Below are positions 33,071-40,120 of a DNA stretch of 43,083 nucleotides, piece by piece. Source of the stretch: a virus; the IMG/VR virus record IMGVR_UViG_3300037247_000567, positions 1 to 43,083 of that record. One strand, written 5' to 3'. Within the stretch, counting starts at the first letter, position 1. Each line of letters begins with the position of its first letter. The notes below the pieces were generated by a model. The model saw nothing but the letters and a program-made list of their open reading frames with translations, was not told the origin of the DNA and ran no database searches. The position numbers were made by a program, and so were the translations under genes.

Positions 33071-33199
33071 ATGCTTCTGTTCGGCCATGTCTTCAACGTA
33101 AGCTATAAGCCCAGCCAGTGCTACGAAGAGACTGTTTCTGTCGGCCCGTAGGCGCAGGACTTCGGCGTTGAGTTCGTCGGCCATTTTCAGCGTATCCAT
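32996..33199 (-). CDS. Hypothetical coiled-coil protein (67 aa), last gene of the minus-strand island
   Basis: GAGGTG RBS. Its 3' end overlaps the convergent + gene by 75 bp. Confidence 0.5.
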   Translation of the reverse strand: MDTLKMADELNAEVLRLRADRNSLFVALAGLIAYVEDMAEQKHLTRLAPDKRIGAARNAIRDCYSIE

Positions 33200-33262
33200 T
33201 TGACACCTCGCTATTCGTTGGCTAGAATAAGTGTATCGTTGGGCGTCCCTGTCAGGGGCGCT

Positions 33263-33388
33263 CTATTTGTTCCACGTCTGGATGACGTGCAGGCAGTGGC
33301 GGCAGGTAGTTTGCTCTTGGTAGGTGGCGACGTACACTCCCTTAACCCATCGGTGGCAGAGCGTCCATACCTCAAATGTTCCCCTCAC
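33263..33388 (-). CDS. Possible zinc-binding mini-protein (41 aa)
   Basis: GTG start with a weak RBS. Translation VRGTFEVWTLCHRWVKGVYVATYQEQTTCRHCLHVIQTWNK. A GCGCCCC/GGGACGC hairpin follows the stop. Confidence 0.3.
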   Translation of the reverse strand: MRGTFEVWTLCHRWVKGVYVATYQEQTTCRHCLHVIQTWNK

Positions 33389-33405
33389 GCCTGACCAGTG
33401 CAATT

Positions 33406-33642
33406 TCACTTCTTCGCCTCCTCAATGGCCTCGCGGGCCAATTCCGATGTGCGATGGCCCTGCGCGTAGCGTTCCAGCGCGGCCAGGAGCTTTGCGTGAT
33501 TGTTGACGGCACGGACAACGATAGCGGCATCGTCTAGAGAATAGACTGTGGCTAACTCTAGGGCCATCCCGTCCGGCCCGCTGATTTGTACCTCATCGTG
33601 TTGAATAGCCTTCGCTTCCCACGGTAGCGGTGTATGTTCCAT
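33406..33642 (-). CDS. Paralog family member 1 (78 aa, MEHTPLPW...)
   Basis: Start set at the ATG preceded by GGAAGGAAGGGA; the track start 33660 lies in the repeated cassette. Shares MEHTPLPW, IVVRAVNNHAKLLAALE and AREAIEEAKK with 34503..34802. Confidence 0.65.
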   Translation of the reverse strand: MEHTPLPWEAKAIQHDEVQISGPDGMALELATVYSLDDAAIVVRAVNNHAKLLAALERYAQGHRTSELAREAIEEAKK

Positions 33643-33669
33643 GTTGTCCCTTCCTTCCATGATGAAATG

Positions 33670-33921
33670 CTAGGACTTGGCTGCCTCAATGGCCTCGCGG
33701 GCACGGCGGGCATCACCTAATGTAACGGTGAGACGCAAAGTGGATGGCGTATCATCTGCTAGGGCAAGTGCGGCCAACGGTGTTAGTGCCAGTGTGAGTT
33801 GGGCGATGGTGGCGGCACGACTTTCAATGGTAGCTGCAAATCGGCTGATGATGTCTCCGTCTAAGAGGGCTATGTCCTTCCAGCGTTGATACTCTTTCGG
33901 CGTTAGTGCTGTATCTTCCAT
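33670..33921 (-). CDS. Paralog family member 2, divergent (83 aa, MEDTALTP...)
   Basis: Same 32-nt upstream cassette as member 1 (31/32 identical). C-terminus ARRAREAIEAAKS. Confidence 0.6.
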   Translation of the reverse strand: MEDTALTPKEYQRWKDIALLDGDIISRFAATIESRAATIAQLTLALTPLAALALADDTPSTLRLTVTLGDARRAREAIEAAKS

Positions 33922-33952
33922 GTTATCCCTTCCTTCCATGATGAAATGGGGG

Positions 33953-34141
33953 CTAGGCGGGTTTGTGGCAAGCATAAAATGCGGTGCTGGCAGAACCAGT
34001 ATTTTCCCAGCGCGATCCATCATTTAGGACTACAACCTCAACGTATTTCTCGCCTGGGCCGATTCTAACTGACTCTACCGCTTTCACGGTGACAATCTTA
34101 CCTGTATAGTCATTGCGGTATCGTTTACCTACGGTTGCCAT
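33953..34141 (-). CDS. Hypothetical beta-rich small protein (62 aa)
   Basis: Track ORF with a GGAGAGGAAG-type RBS upstream. Confidence 0.55.
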   Translation of the reverse strand: MATVGKRYRNDYTGKIVTVKAVESVRIGPGEKYVEVVVLNDGSRWENTGSASTAFYACHKPA

Positions 34142-34150
34142 CTTCCTCTC

Positions 34151-34345
34151 CTATAGACTCAGCATCACGATAACGACGGCTGCGACCACTATCAGGTATC
34201 CAAGGGCGTTGAGGACTTGGCCTGTCCTGTGGCGCATCTGAGCGCGTCTCTGCCTCTTCCGTAGCTCGCGTTGGAGAATGACCATCTGGCCCTCTGTGCG
34301 CCGTCTGCGGCCTATCTCGCGGAGCATGTCTGGTATCTCGTTCAT
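34151..34345 (-). CDS. Small protein with an Arg-rich centre and a C-terminal TM segment (64 aa)
   Basis: ATG 34345, 6 nt after AAGGAGG; the track start 34369 is judged too early. C-terminus LGYLIVVAAVVIVMLSL. Confidence 0.6.
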   Translation of the reverse strand: MNEIPDMLREIGRRRRTEGQMVILQRELRKRQRRAQMRHRTGQVLNALGYLIVVAAVVIVMLSL

Positions 34346-34397
34346 GGTATCCTCCTTGCTTGGGGGCACGCTGGCCCTATCGTTTAGCTAACTAGGC

Positions 34398-34499
34398 TCA
34401 TCCTTGCTTCCCAGACTGAGACAGGGCGATCTTGGGCGCGTACCCTTTCAAGGGGATACCGCTATGGCGCAGGCCGCAGACACATTTCCACGTCTTCAT
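34398..34499 (-). CDS. Mini-protein (33 aa, MKTWKCVCGLRHSGIPLKGYAPKIALSQSGKQG)
   Basis: The ATG lies 3 nt after the upstream TGA. Below the track cut-off. No clear RBS. Confidence 0.35.
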   Translation of the reverse strand: MKTWKCVCGLRHSGIPLKGYAPKIALSQSGKQG

Positions 34500-34502
34500 T
34501 GC

Positions 34503-34802
34503 TCAGTCTCCCTTCTTAGCGGCCAGGATGGCGGCGCGGGCCTCTTTGACTTCTGCCATTACGAACGGCGAGCGCTTGCGTTGGGGTGTCTCAAAGTAGC
34601 GGACAAACGCTTCCAGCGCCTCCAGCAGCGCCTCGTGGTTGTTAACGGCGCGGACAATGAAGTCGGCATCGGCGTCGGCGGGCACAATGGCCGTGGGGTG
34701 CGCTAGGAAATCGAGACCCATCCGTTCGCTGCTGCCATCAATGCGCCACCAATCTTGAGTTGTCTGTCCGTTTCGCATCCAGGGCAGGGGTGTGTGTTCC
34801 AT
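34503..34802 (-). CDS. Paralog family member 3 (99 aa, MEHTPLPW...)
   Basis: ATG 34802 after GAGAGGAGACG. Motifs FIVRAVNNHEALLEALE and ARAAILAAKKGD. Confidence 0.65.
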   Translation of the reverse strand: MEHTPLPWMRNGQTTQDWWRIDGSSERMGLDFLAHPTAIVPADADADFIVRAVNNHEALLEALEAFVRYFETPQRKRSPFVMAEVKEARAAILAAKKGD

Positions 34803-34819
34803 ATCGTCTCCTCTCATGG

Positions 34820-35023
34820 CTAGGACTCGTCTCTAAACTTGGCAGCAGCGGCGCTGATAGCTTCGAGAGCGGCTTCGCGTGTCGCCTTTGGCCGCTCGGT
34901 GCAATCGGGGCAGGTAACAGCGCTAGGCGCGCCGGTGACGCTGAGTTTAAGATGCCCGAACTTGTCAGGCCCAGCGCCACACTGTGCGCCGCCTCTCATT
35001 GCCATTCGGTGAACAACGCTCAT
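34820..35023 (-). CDS. Hypothetical protein with a CPDC knuckle (67 aa)
   Basis: ATG 35023 after GAAAGGAAG; the track start 35047 is judged too early. Confidence 0.55.
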   Translation of the reverse strand: MSVVHRMAMRGGAQCGAGPDKFGHLKLSVTGAPSAVTCPDCTERPKATREAALEAISAAAAKFRDES

Positions 35024-35058
35024 TGATTCTTCCTTTCTGCCCATCACATGATGGGGGA

Positions 35059-35412
35059 CTACGAGTAGCGCTCCTTGAACAGAGCGTCAGGGTCAACGCT
35101 AGAGGCTACGAGAGCGGTTGCGGCGTCGTCAAGCTCGGCGGCTTCGTTACAGGTGCAGAGTCCGACTGAGTGGTCACAGCCGCCGGTTTCCTGAAGAGCG
35201 AAGCGGGCTTGGCAGTACATGGCTTTTAACTGAGTGAGAATGTCGAATACTTTGCGGGCTCCACATCTCTTGCAGACGACGGTGGGGTATGGCTTGTCCC
35301 CTAAAATGCTGGGGGCTGCTACTTCCCAGTCGTGGCCACGCCCCTCTTCGCATTCACGGCGCTTGACTGCCTTCCTTGCTTCATTCATAGCTAGGCGTTG
35401 TAGGTCTGCCAT
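35059..35412 (-). CDS. Cys-rich hypothetical protein (117 aa)
   Basis: AGGAAGGA RBS. Motifs CKRC and GGCDH...CTC. Confidence 0.6.
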   Translation of the reverse strand: MADLQRLAMNEARKAVKRRECEEGRGHDWEVAAPSILGDKPYPTVVCKRCGARKVFDILTQLKAMYCQARFALQETGGCDHSVGLCTCNEAAELDDAATALVASSVDPDALFKERYS

Positions 35413-35430
35413 CTTCTATGATCCTTCCTA

Positions 35431-35586
35431 CTACTGACGTGGTAGTTCGTCCAGGTTTTTAATGATTTGCGCTACCCGGTCAACCTTGGGAATTCGCCAA
35501 ACGTTTGCGCTGGTACAGTTAGAGCAGCGCTTCCGGCGCATCGCCATCCATTCACTGCCGCACTGGTGACAATAGAAACGCTCCAT
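35431..35586 (-). CDS. Zinc-ribbon mini-protein (51 aa, MERFYCHQCGSEW...CSNCTS..VW)
   Basis: ATG 35586, 6 nt after GGAGG. Track start 35646 is rejected because it overlaps the upstream mini-gene. Confidence 0.55.
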   Translation of the reverse strand: MERFYCHQCGSEWMAMRRKRCSNCTSANVWRIPKVDRVAQIIKNLDELPRQ

Positions 35587-35600
35587 TTTCGCCTCCATGT

Positions 35601-35729
35601 TTACGAACCTTGCTGGCGCGGCCTGTCCCAGTACGGGGAGCCGCAACTAGGGCACCTGACGGGCTTCTCATCGGTGCGTGGGTGCCATCCGTGGTCGCAC
35701 CGGAGACACTTGAGGGTGGGTAGGTTCAT
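35601..35729 (-). CDS. Zinc-ribbon mini-protein (42 aa), paralog of 20112..20237
   Basis: MNLPTLKCLRCDHGWHPRTDEKPVRCPSCGSPYWDRPRQQGS shares 16 of 31 aligned residues with the + strand protein. ATGA-type overlap with the upstream gene. Confidence 0.55.
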   Translation of the reverse strand: MNLPTLKCLRCDHGWHPRTDEKPVRCPSCGSPYWDRPRQQGS

Positions 35730-35950
35730 GCGTCTAGGCTCTCGATGTCGTACCCCTCCATCCGGCATTTCTCTCCGCTGTCGAGGAACTCACCGAACAG
35801 GGCAGTCCCACTCGTGAACGAATTCATACCGAATCCACCAGACACCTTGAACCGGCGTCGCTCGCGGCCCTTGAACTCTGGCCGGAGGATACTCGCCTTG
35901 ATGATTACTACGTCGCCATCCTTCAGGTCGATGTTCAGGCTGTTTGCCAT
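35726..35950 (-). CDS. Hypothetical protein (74 aa), first gene of the minus-strand island
   Basis: ATG 35950 after GGAGG. Track start 35983 would sit inside the promoter. Confidence 0.6.
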   Translation of the reverse strand: MANSLNIDLKDGDVVIIKASILRPEFKGRERRRFKVSGGFGMNSFTSGTALFGEFLDSGEKCRMEGYDIESLDA

Positions 35951-35984
35951 GCTCGCCTCCAAGCTACTAACCTGTTGCACCATG

Positions 35985-36014
35985 ACGTTACACCCTGATG
36001 ATACACCTTGTCAA
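35985..36014 (-). promoter_or_regulatory. Sigma70-type leftward promoter of the minus-strand island
   Basis: On the minus strand: TTGACA (complement of 36009-36014), 18-nt spacer, TAACGT (complement of 35985-35990). It lies about 35 nt upstream of the ATG at 35950. Confidence 0.55.
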
Positions 36015-36063
36015 GCCCCCTGCCAGATGCGGAACATAATTACTTTATCACAATCCCCATGAC

Positions 36064-36585
36064 GTGATGGCGAAGAATCAAGCACCACACCACGCCCCAG
36101 ACGAGCCTAAGAGCCGGGCATTAGTCTTGGCTATGGAAGGGCACTCAGCGGAGGCCATTGGGCCGATGGTGGGCGTTACAGGGCGCACAGTACAACGCTG
36201 GGTTAAGCGTGGTCGGGAAGTGTCTCTAAAGGAAGAGACGCCGGAGGTGATGGGCGACTGGGTGCGGATCGTCCGACGATCTCAGGGTATGATGCACACC
36301 GTCTTGGATACGGTGGAGGAGTATGCCGCGATAGCCGCCAATGATCACCCTGGCCCCCTCGCGGAGATCGCTCGCCAAGTTGCCACCGCGCAGCTGATGA
36401 AGCGCGCCGACCTGTACGACATCTACGCCGGTATCGGCACTGACAAAGTGGTGAAGTGGGCAGACCTGGCCCAAAGAGCCCAACAGACCGAAGCGGGCCA
36501 GGCCCTCGCAGACGCCATCAACAGACTCGCAGACTTAACCGTGCCCGAAAGAGATCGCATGATAGAGGGTAAGATCGTTGAATAG
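36064..36585 (+). CDS. HTH DNA-binding protein (173 aa); candidate small terminase subunit or transcription regulator
   Basis: N-terminal LVLAMEGHSAEAIGPMVGVTGRTVQRWVKRG is a classic HTH. A helical C-terminal two-thirds follows. Divergent from the minus island and 2 kb upstream of terL. Confidence 0.5.
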   Translation: MMAKNQAPHHAPDEPKSRALVLAMEGHSAEAIGPMVGVTGRTVQRWVKRGREVSLKEETPEVMGDWVRIVRRSQGMMHTVLDTVEEYAAIAANDHPGPLAEIARQVATAQLMKRADLYDIYAGIGTDKVVKWADLAQRAQQTEAGQALADAINRLADLTVPERDRMIEGKIVE

Positions 36586-36610
36586 CTGGTATCAGCTACT
36601 CCTCATTAAT

Positions 36611-36715
36611 ATGAGTCGGGGTAAGTATCTTGACCTGTCCCCGCGTCTAATCAATCGGTGCGATTGGATCGCCCTCTGGGCTCTAGTGCAGGAAGGAACA
36701 ACGGTGACGGTATGA
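36611..36715 (+). CDS. Possible mini-protein (34 aa)
   Basis: Ends in an ATGA overlap with the ATG at 36712, but has no RBS. Confidence 0.25.
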   Translation: MSRGKYLDLSPRLINRCDWIALWALVQEGTTVTV

Positions 36716-36930
36716 TACTTACAGGCGCGTCCAACCGTACCACCTGGATAGAGGACGGGGAGAAAGTCTACCCCTGTCCCTGTGGCGAAACGCATCGCGG
36801 TGACTACGCTATGGAGGACTGGATACGCCATACCTGTAGACACGGTGACGAGCTGTGGGACATGAGCGAAGATGGCCTGGGCCTACTCTGTTCTCAATGT
36901 GGCAACACCGTGGGCTATCTCCCTGGGTGA
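36712..36930 (+). CDS. Zinc-binding-like small protein (72 aa; alternative GTG start 36658)
   Basis: Motifs CPCGETH and CSQCG. GGAAGGAAC purine tract upstream. Confidence 0.55.
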   Translation: MILTGASNRTTWIEDGEKVYPCPCGETHRGDYAMEDWIRHTCRHGDELWDMSEDGLGLLCSQCGNTVGYLPG

Positions 36931-37211
36931 TGATGCGCTGTCGTACCCGGTAGAGGGTTAACTCCCTCGGGAATGAGGTTAACCCCAACGTCACCCCAAA
37001 TACCCCAAACGAGCCCATGGCCCAGGCATGAATGGGCACAATTAGGTGCACTCCCAGGGGTTTGGGCTTCTGCTAGATACGGATAGGGAGCGGATAACTG
37101 ACAGGCATGCGCTCACAGCCTATGGGGTTCACGGGTTCCATGATCGGGTTCGGTGGATACAGTTTTGGTAGTTCATTTCGCGTCACGGAGAGATAGTCAA
37201 AGGAGGACAGC
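36931..37211. promoter_or_regulatory. 281-bp non-coding region packed with short direct repeats; candidate pac/cos site, late promoter or origin
   Basis: GGTTAAC x2 (36956, 36977). CCCCAA x3 (36983, 36994, 37003). CAGGCATG x2 (37023, 37102). CGGATA x2 plus GGATA (37080, 37091, 37155). GGGTTC x3 (37125, 37133, 37146). No convincing ORF on either strand. Confidence 0.5.
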
Positions 37212-37388
37212 ATGAAGGTGGAAGTGCAGTTCATTGGGGCTTCGGTAGACACAGAGGTCTACGAGGCAGACAGGGTAACATGGGTAGCCGATGCTGGATA
37301 CCTGTCCATCTTTAGGGGGACTGAGGAGGAGACTAAGTTAGTAGCGGCATATCCAGAGCACAGGATAGTGCGGGTGCGCATCGTATGA
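37212..37388 (+). CDS. Hypothetical protein (58 aa)
   Basis: AAAGGAGGA RBS. ATGA overlap with the next gene. Below the track cut-off. Confidence 0.6.
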   Translation: MKVEVQFIGASVDTEVYEADRVTWVADAGYLSIFRGTEEETKLVAAYPEHRIVRVRIV

Positions 37389-37753
37389 CACAAGCAGTCC
37401 TAGAGAGATTCAGGGAGCTAGGGGCCAGCATAAAGGCTTCTACAATGACAAAAGAGGAGGCGTATGAGCGGGCTGGGTTCCACTGGCACAGATTATACGA
37501 GAAGTGTTGGTGTGGGTACTTGACCGTTCCGGCGAAATACTACACATACGATTCACGGGGGATACAGACGAACGCGCAGGAGGATGCCGAGAAGGCGTAC
37601 TTAGCGAGTTTGTCCCCGTCGGATGTCCCCAGTGGGGACAATCCAGTTGAAATGTCCCCACTGTGTTCGGGGTGTTCAGAGAGGCCACCGGAGACAGGGC
37701 GGAGTCTTTGCGCGGCCTGTCGTAAGCGGGCCTACAGGGAAAGGAGCAAATAA
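37385..37753 (+). CDS. Cys-rich hypothetical protein (122 aa)
   Basis: ATGA overlap start. Motifs CWC, CSGC and CAAC. Confidence 0.6.
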   Translation: MTQAVLERFRELGASIKASTMTKEEAYERAGFHWHRLYEKCWCGYLTVPAKYYTYDSRGIQTNAQEDAEKAYLASLSPSDVPSGDNPVEMSPLCSGCSERPPETGRSLCAACRKRAYRERSK

Positions 37754-37996
37754 ATGGGTTACTGGAAGCAAGGCGAAGACGGGCATTCGTTTGCCTTGGA
37801 CAGCGAGTTGATTTGGGGCGATTCTCCTGCCGACATCATGGGTGCGGCGCTCAAGGAGATTATCGCCGTGTTCCACCGTGACAGGGGCCGCTTACCGTCT
37901 GAGAACGAAATCAAGGCGGGGTTGCTGTTTAGCCTACGTGCAGCGCTGGCGAAAGCTGAAGGCAGCTTCATCGACAGCGTAGAAGCCCCCGTTTAG
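37754..37996 (+). CDS. Hypothetical protein (80 aa)
   Basis: Preceded by the 17-nt cassette AGGGAAAGGAGCAAATA. Confidence 0.6.
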   Translation: MGYWKQGEDGHSFALDSELIWGDSPADIMGAALKEIIAVFHRDRGRLPSENEIKAGLLFSLRAALAKAEGSFIDSVEAPV

Positions 37997-38012
37997 GGAA
38001 AGGAGCAAATAG

Positions 38013-38204
38013 ATGCTGTGCGCGATTTTCGGCCACAAGCCTGCCGACTTGGAGAACTATCCGCGCCTTCACCTGGACGCTGGCGACAGCCCCGTCGAAG
38101 TGTGTGAGCGCTGCGGCTCCCTGTTTATGCAGAAGCGCGGCTACTCCTTCGAGGGCGACTTTTGGCGCTCCGATATGAGGGCTGCCCGTAGGAGCAGGGG
38201 ATGA
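38013..38204 (+). CDS. Hypothetical protein (63 aa)
   Basis: Preceded by an identical copy of the 17-nt cassette AGGGAAAGGAGCAAATA. CERC knuckle. Confidence 0.6.
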   Translation: MLCAIFGHKPADLENYPRLHLDAGDSPVEVCERCGSLFMQKRGYSFEGDFWRSDMRAARRSRG

Positions 38205-38356
38205 GCGGCGAAACGGTGGAATTTCAGGTTGGCCCCAACGACAGCGTCTACAGGTTCGCTCTTCGGGCAAACCCCGTCTCCTTCTGGCGCAGGCTGTGGT
38301 TCGTAGCGAGCTGTATCCCGCGCTACTTGATTAGTGGTTCGGTAGAAGTGCCATGA
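38201..38356 (+). CDS. Mini-protein (51 aa)
   Basis: ATGA overlaps at both ends. Below the track cut-off. Confidence 0.45.
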   Translation: MSGETVEFQVGPNDSVYRFALRANPVSFWRRLWFVASCIPRYLISGSVEVP

Positions 38357-38580
38357 AGTACTCAGCCGCAGTTACGGGTGCCCGACTTGGCCCGCGCATT
38401 CCAGAGTTGTTCGCGCCGAAGTTCACCTACAGTCTAGGTGGCGAGCCCGACTCCTTCACTTGGGAGTTCATCCCAGAGGGCGAGGTTTGGAATTACACCC
38501 GTGAGGGCGCGCCGATGGTAGCCGACGAGGACTTGGTGAAGTTGGTGACCTTTAGGGAGCGTTCCATCATTGGTCACTGA
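38353..38580 (+). CDS. Hypothetical protein (75 aa)
   Basis: ATGA overlap start. Immediately upstream of terL. Confidence 0.55.
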   Translation: MKYSAAVTGARLGPRIPELFAPKFTYSLGGEPDSFTWEFIPEGEVWNYTREGAPMVADEDLVKLVTFRERSIIGH

Positions 38581-40120
38581 AACTGAGAAATTAGCGCTGT
38601 GGGTGCTCAATTCACGGGAGTCGCTGACGCATTACATGATGTTCGTCCACGGCTGGAAAGTCCGGCCTCATCAAAGAGAATTAATCGCGTCCTTGGAGGC
38701 GCTAGTCCGACCTCCGCCTTGTTGGGAGACAGAACACCCCATTTGCGAGTGTGCCGAGGCGCACGTCTGCGATGCCTGTTTCCTGTGCCGGGTGCATAAG
38801 GAGTTACGATTACTGGCTGTCCTTCCGCCAGCATGGGGAAAATCTGACACCCTGATTGAGTTTGTGGCTTGGGCCACTGGCCTTGACCCAGAGGCGGCGG
38901 CGTTCGCGTTCTTCTCCTTCAACGATAATATTGCCACCGAGAGGGCGATGGCGGTCAGGGACACACTATGGTCTAAGGAGCCCTCAGAGGTCGCTGAGCG
39001 GTACTCTTTGGTGTTTCCAGGGCTACGCCCTGCCCCTGAAAGGCCCTGGAGCCAGGAGCGGTTCTTCCTCTGGAGGAAGGACTCTGGGCGCAAAGACCCG
39101 ACCTTGGTGGCGGCGGGCGTAACGGGGTCGGTAAACGCGAGGCGGCTGACAGGCTTTGTATTTGACGACCCTCACAACCAGGAGAATTCTGCGACCCCTT
39201 ACCAAAGGGCGCAAGTTTGGTCAAGTTACAAACGGGCGATGGAAACGCGATTGACTGATGGTGGCTGGCAGGTAGGCATCTCCACACGTTGGGCAGAGGA
39301 TGATTGGGCGGGGAGGGCCATGCAGATTGGCTGGCCGATGATTCATGTTCGCGGTCTGGAGAACGAGAAGTCCACCTTTCCCTTTGAAAAACCTGGTGTT
39401 GGGATGAGGACGGAAAAGTTACTTCAGCTCCGCCAAGAAGACCCAGTCTCGTTCATGCTCCAGTATCAGGGAGAGTTCATCTCGGAGACCTCCCCCACTC
39501 TTAGAAAGCCCAGGAGCGAGATTTTACAGTCTGAGTTCCCCCAGTCTTATGTGGGGCTGTTGCAAAGTTGGGACACCGCCGTTGGACAGGACAAACAGCA
39601 CTCCGAGTCTTGCTGCACCACCTGGGGCTGGAAGAGGGAAGACGATTTACTCAAAGCCTACTGGATAGACACCTGGACGGGGCAATTGGCCTACACCGAT
39701 TTAGCGAACAAGATGCTTGAACTGTACTGGCAGTACGCCGAACGCGGATTCAAGATGGACACCGTTTTAGTTGAGCAGGCTTCGTCGGGGCATCAACTGA
39801 TTCCCGCTTTAAGGAACGCCATCACCCCCTCTGGGGTGAGACTGAACTTTCCCGTCCACGGCGTCACCGTCGGAGGGCGCGGGAGGACGCGGGAAGAGAG
39901 GATCGCGGGCGCGTCCAAGGAATTGTACGACAACGTGACCGTTCCCTCCGACGCTACTTGGAAGCAGAAAGCAATAGGCCAGATTATGAGTTATCGCGGC
40001 GGCGGCAAGTTTCGGGGGCGGGACGACATTATTTCAAGCGCCGTCCAGGCCGTAGAGCACATCTTCAAGGTTCGCAGATACCAGTTGCAACAGTTCAGGG
40101 TGCGATATGAGCTTCACTAA
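38570..40120 (+). CDS. terL: Terminase large subunit
   Basis: Walker A-like PPAWGKSD. Walker B-like LTGFVFDDPHN. ISTRWAEDDWAGR coupling motif. C-terminal RNase H-like acidic motifs (SWDTAVG, VLVEQASSG, RDDIISSAV). The TTG start is uncertain. Confidence 0.9.
   Translation: MVTETEKLALWVLNSRESLTHYMMFVHGWKVRPHQRELIASLEALVRPPPCWETEHPICECAEAHVCDACFLCRVHKELRLLAVLPPAWGKSDTLIEFVAWATGLDPEAAAFAFFSFNDNIATERAMAVRDTLWSKEPSEVAERYSLVFPGLRPAPERPWSQERFFLWRKDSGRKDPTLVAAGVTGSVNARRLTGFVFDDPHNQENSATPYQRAQVWSSYKRAMETRLTDGGWQVGISTRWAEDDWAGRAMQIGWPMIHVRGLENEKSTFPFEKPGVGMRTEKLLQLRQEDPVSFMLQYQGEFISETSPTLRKPRSEILQSEFPQSYVGLLQSWDTAVGQDKQHSESCCTTWGWKREDDLLKAYWIDTWTGQLAYTDLANKMLELYWQYAERGFKMDTVLVEQASSGHQLIPALRNAITPSGVRLNFPVHGVTVGGRGRTREERIAGASKELYDNVTVPSDATWKQKAIGQIMSYRGGGKFRGRDDIISSAVQAVEHIFKVRRYQLQQFRVRYELH

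Noticed and set aside
36064-36585. HTH gene as a CI-like lysogeny repressor opposing a Cro-like gene
   Set aside because: I recognised no integrase, excisionase or attP-like feature anywhere in the genome. At 173 aa with a long helical C-terminus near the packaging genes, it fits a TerS or regulator equally well, so temperate status is not supported.
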